Source of the DNA: a virus
IMG/VR virus record: IMGVR_UViG_3300050821_018050
Span: 64,001-128,000 of that record
DNA length: 64,000 nucleotides
Reading direction: 5' to 3' (one strand)
Part shown: piece after piece, positions 61,200 to 64,000 of the stretch
Numbering within the stretch: position 1 is the first letter of the stretch
Layout: every line of letters starts with the position of its first letter
The notes under the pieces: model-generated
Seen by the model: only the letters and a program-made list of their open reading frames with translations
Told to the model about the DNA's origin: nothing
Database searches by the model: none
Program-made: the position numbers and the translations under genes

Positions 61200-63875
61200 A
61201 TGGCAAATTTTATAAATGGCGGACTTCAAGAACAGATTAATGTCACGGCAACTGCAGGTGGTACGACCACATTAGTAGGCAGCACGGCCACTAGCGCAAC
61301 TCTTGGCAAACAGATGCAAGTTTTCACCGGTACTCTCGGGCAGACCGTTGTATTGCCAGATGCAACTACGATGAAAGTTGGCCAAAAATTTGAATTTTAT
61401 AATCAATCAACTGGAATTTTAACATTACAATTTAATGGGGCAACTCCATTTACTGATGCAAGCGGTTTGCCGTATGGCAGTATTCCTGCTCATGGATGTT
61501 TGATAGTTAAATTACAAACCAATGGAACCACTGCAGGCACATGGACTGTAATTTCTGCTTCTGCAGGGGCTGGTCCTTATGCTCCTACGGTTAGTACTCT
61601 TGCTTACGGAAGTGGGCCAGGGAGTTATACTCATACTGGGAATTTTAATGCTTCTGGAACTTATACTACTCCATCTAACTGTTTATTTATTGAAGTAAAA
61701 ATGGTCGGTGGTGGAGCCGGAGGCGTCGGTGGTGGTACTGGTACTGCGGGCAATGGTACTGCGGGATCTGCAACTACGTTCGGAACTTCTTTATTGGTTG
61801 CTAATGGTGGTAATGCCGGTACGAATCAAAGTGTTCCCGGAACTGGTGGTACTGCATCTTTAGGCAGCGGCCCGAGTGGTATAGCTCTTACTGGTAACAA
61901 TGGAACTATGGGCCAATACGAAGGTGCTGGGATGGCCATAGCTTCTATTGGCGGTCAAGGTGGGTCTACTTATTTTGGTGGCCCTGGTTTACAAAATCAA
62001 TTTGGCGGTCCTTCAGCAACGGCAGCTAATACTGGTGCCGGTGGTTGCGGTGGTAATAATAATCAAAGTCCTTCTGGATATGCCGGTGGCGGAGGCGGAG
62101 CTGGAGGTTTCGTTGATGCATATATAACTGCTTTATCACCTTCTTACACTTGCGCTATCGGATCTGGCGGATCTGGTGGAGCTGCGGGTGGCGGTAATGG
62201 ATCTGCCGGTGGAGCCGGTGGTTCTGGGTATATTGAAGTGACTGAATACTATGCACCAACTTCTGCAGCTGCAGGTGGCGGCGGAGCATATACTCCTACC
62301 ATTAGTAAAGCTCTTGGGCCTACAACTGCTGTAGGAACTGGCGGATTTTCTGCTACTGGCGTTTATACAACTCCTGCAAATGTAATTTCTCTTAGGGTTA
62401 GAATGATTGGTGGAGGCGGTGGTGGTGCTGGCTCTGGGACAGCTTCAAGCAGTTCAAATGGTGGTAATGGTACAGCCTCTACATTTGGTACTTCTCTATT
62501 ATCCGCAGGCGGTGGTGGTGGAGCAGTTTTTGGAGACGGTACGGGTGGTACCGGAGGTACTTCGAGTTTAGGATCTGGACCTATAGGTCTGGCATTAACC
62601 GGAATGACAGGTATCGCCGCAGGATATAACAATACAACTGGATTTTATGCTGATGGGGGAATGGGAGGAGTGGCTCCATACTTTAGCGGGGCAGGATCGG
62701 GCGGACCTCCCAATACTGCAGGTACAAATGCATTAGCAAATTCTGGTTCGGGTGGCGGTGGAGGAGGAACTGGTTCTATCGCAGCAAACAACAGTGGTGG
62801 TGGTGGTGGATCGGGTGGTTTTATCGAGGCATTCATCAATTCACCTGCCTCAACTTATAATTTTTCAGTGGGGGCCGCAGGTAGCGGTGGAAATGCAGGA
62901 ACAAATGGTTTTGCAGGCGGCTCGGGTGCAATAGGTTACATTGAAGTGACTGAATACTATGCAAATGGTTCGGTTGGAACTGCTACTACTTTAACTGGAG
63001 TCATTGTACCGGCTAATATTACCAATTCTTCTTTATTTACTCCTAATGTTCAAACATTTACTTCTGGCACAGCAGCAACTTATGGTCTTTCATATTGGTT
63101 TGGCGTTGTCGCCGCTAATGCGACTGTCGGAGCCGTCTACACAAACAATGGAAATAGTTTTACTGTAGCAAAAACAATTGCTGGCGGTACTTTTTTACTT
63201 TGTACGAGCAACGGCGCTCCAGCCGCAACAGGAATACTAACAAAATCAAGTGGTACTGGGGATTCAACGATCACTTTTACCTCTACTAGAGCGCCGCTGT
63301 ATATTGAAGTACAGATGGTTGCTGGTGGTGGTGGCGGCGGTGGCGGCGGAAATAGCGGGGCTCCATCTGCTGGAACTACTGGGAATAATACGATATTTGG
63401 TACCTCACTTTTAACTGCGGTTGGCGGTGGCCCTGGTGGATATGCGACGGGTGGAAGTGGTGGCGGTCCAGGAACAGTGGCATCACCCGCGATTTTAATT
63501 AAAAATGTTGCTGGTGGTGGTGGCGGCGGTGGATCTATCGCAGTTCCTTCAGGTCAATATGGTATGACAGGTGCAGGCGGAAATTCTGCTCTTGGTGGTG
63601 GAGGCGCTGGAAGTACTGGGGCCAGTCCAGGGGCTGGAGTAGCTAATACTGGTGGTGGCGGAGCTGGTGGAACTGCTGGCCAACCTGGCGGTTTTGCTGG
63701 AGCGACCGGTGGCGGAGCTGGTAATTATATTGAAGCTATTATTTATAATCCGTCAAGCACTTACACTTATACAGTTGCAGCATCTGCTGCCGGTGGAGCG
63801 GCTTCTGGTGGAACATCTGTGGCAGGCGCAGCCGGTGGTTCTGGATTAATCGTCGTTAAAGAATTCTTTCAATAA
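61200..63875 (+). CDS. Tail fibre / receptor-binding protein with three glycine-rich domains
   Basis: Three repeats of (IEV/LRV)xMxxGGxGG...FGTSLLxAxGG...GGGxGxxxxAxI...GxIxVxEYY/FF. Confidence 0.75.
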   Translation: MANFINGGLQEQINVTATAGGTTTLVGSTATSATLGKQMQVFTGTLGQTVVLPDATTMKVGQKFEFYNQSTGILTLQFNGATPFTDASGLPYGSIPAHGCLIVKLQTNGTTAGTWTVISASAGAGPYAPTVSTLAYGSGPGSYTHTGNFNASGTYTTPSNCLFIEVKMVGGGAGGVGGGTGTAGNGTAGSATTFGTSLLVANGGNAGTNQSVPGTGGTASLGSGPSGIALTGNNGTMGQYEGAGMAIASIGGQGGSTYFGGPGLQNQFGGPSATAANTGAGGCGGNNNQSPSGYAGGGGGAGGFVDAYITALSPSYTCAIGSGGSGGAAGGGNGSAGGAGGSGYIEVTEYYAPTSAAAGGGGAYTPTISKALGPTTAVGTGGFSATGVYTTPANVISLRVRMIGGGGGGAGSGTASSSSNGGNGTASTFGTSLLSAGGGGGAVFGDGTGGTGGTSSLGSGPIGLALTGMTGIAAGYNNTTGFYADGGMGGVAPYFSGAGSGGPPNTAGTNALANSGSGGGGGGTGSIAANNSGGGGGSGGFIEAFINSPASTYNFSVGAAGSGGNAGTNGFAGGSGAIGYIEVTEYYANGSVGTATTLTGVIVPANITNSSLFTPNVQTFTSGTAATYGLSYWFGVVAANATVGAVYTNNGNSFTVAKTIAGGTFLLCTSNGAPAATGILTKSSGTGDSTITFTSTRAPLYIEVQMVAGGGGGGGGGNSGAPSAGTTGNNTIFGTSLLTAVGGGPGGYATGGSGGGPGTVASPAILIKNVAGGGGGGGSIAVPSGQYGMTGAGGNSALGGGGAGSTGASPGAGVANTGGGGAGGTAGQPGGFAGATGGGAGNYIEAIIYNPSSTYTYTVAASAAGGAASGGTSVAGAAGGSGLIVVKEFFQ

Positions 63876-64000
63876 TTTATCGCTAAGGTTGCGATTGCGT
63901 GGCTTTAGCGGAATTATTTTCTTCAACTACTAAATGATTGATCGAAAACCAGGTTTGAGCCAGTGCGCTTAGAACTAATACTGGCCAGCCAGCAAAAATA

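Noticed and set aside
63880-63911. Hairpin CGCTAAGG...CTTTAGCG as a terminator
   Set aside because: The loop is long and the U-tract weak. It may lie in the end of a - strand ORF entering from beyond the window, so it cannot be supported.

Overview
This window is a 64-kb piece of a large tailed, contractile-tail-type phage genome in the standard genetic code. The + strand carries virion genes in the canonical order: LysM/gp25-like wedge, a giant baseplate-J-like protein, an I-like wedge protein, a tube-like protein, a large baseplate/fibre protein, then a tail-collar/fibre cluster. Two free-standing homing endonucleases sit among them. The structural module is split by - strand blocks (1901-2065, 8679-12434, 16641-37877, 43454-54860). 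These blocks consist almost entirely of tightly chained micro-ORFs, mostly 40-70 aa, aromatic-rich and linked by ATGA/TAATG overlaps. I estimate about 200 of them from length, and many fall below the 60-aa cutoff of the ORF track. They are driven by near-consensus sigma70 promoters (TTGACN-17-TAnnnT), most placing an ATG 6-7 nt after the -10 box, which implies leaderless mRNAs. The structural segments restart behind a conserved CCTAATATT motif (putative late promoter), twice placed back-to-back with an early -35 box at identical spacing. A ~95-nt structured RNA with an anti-Shine-Dalgarno-like loop heads the rightmost array. All functional calls come from motif recognition by eye; no searches were run.
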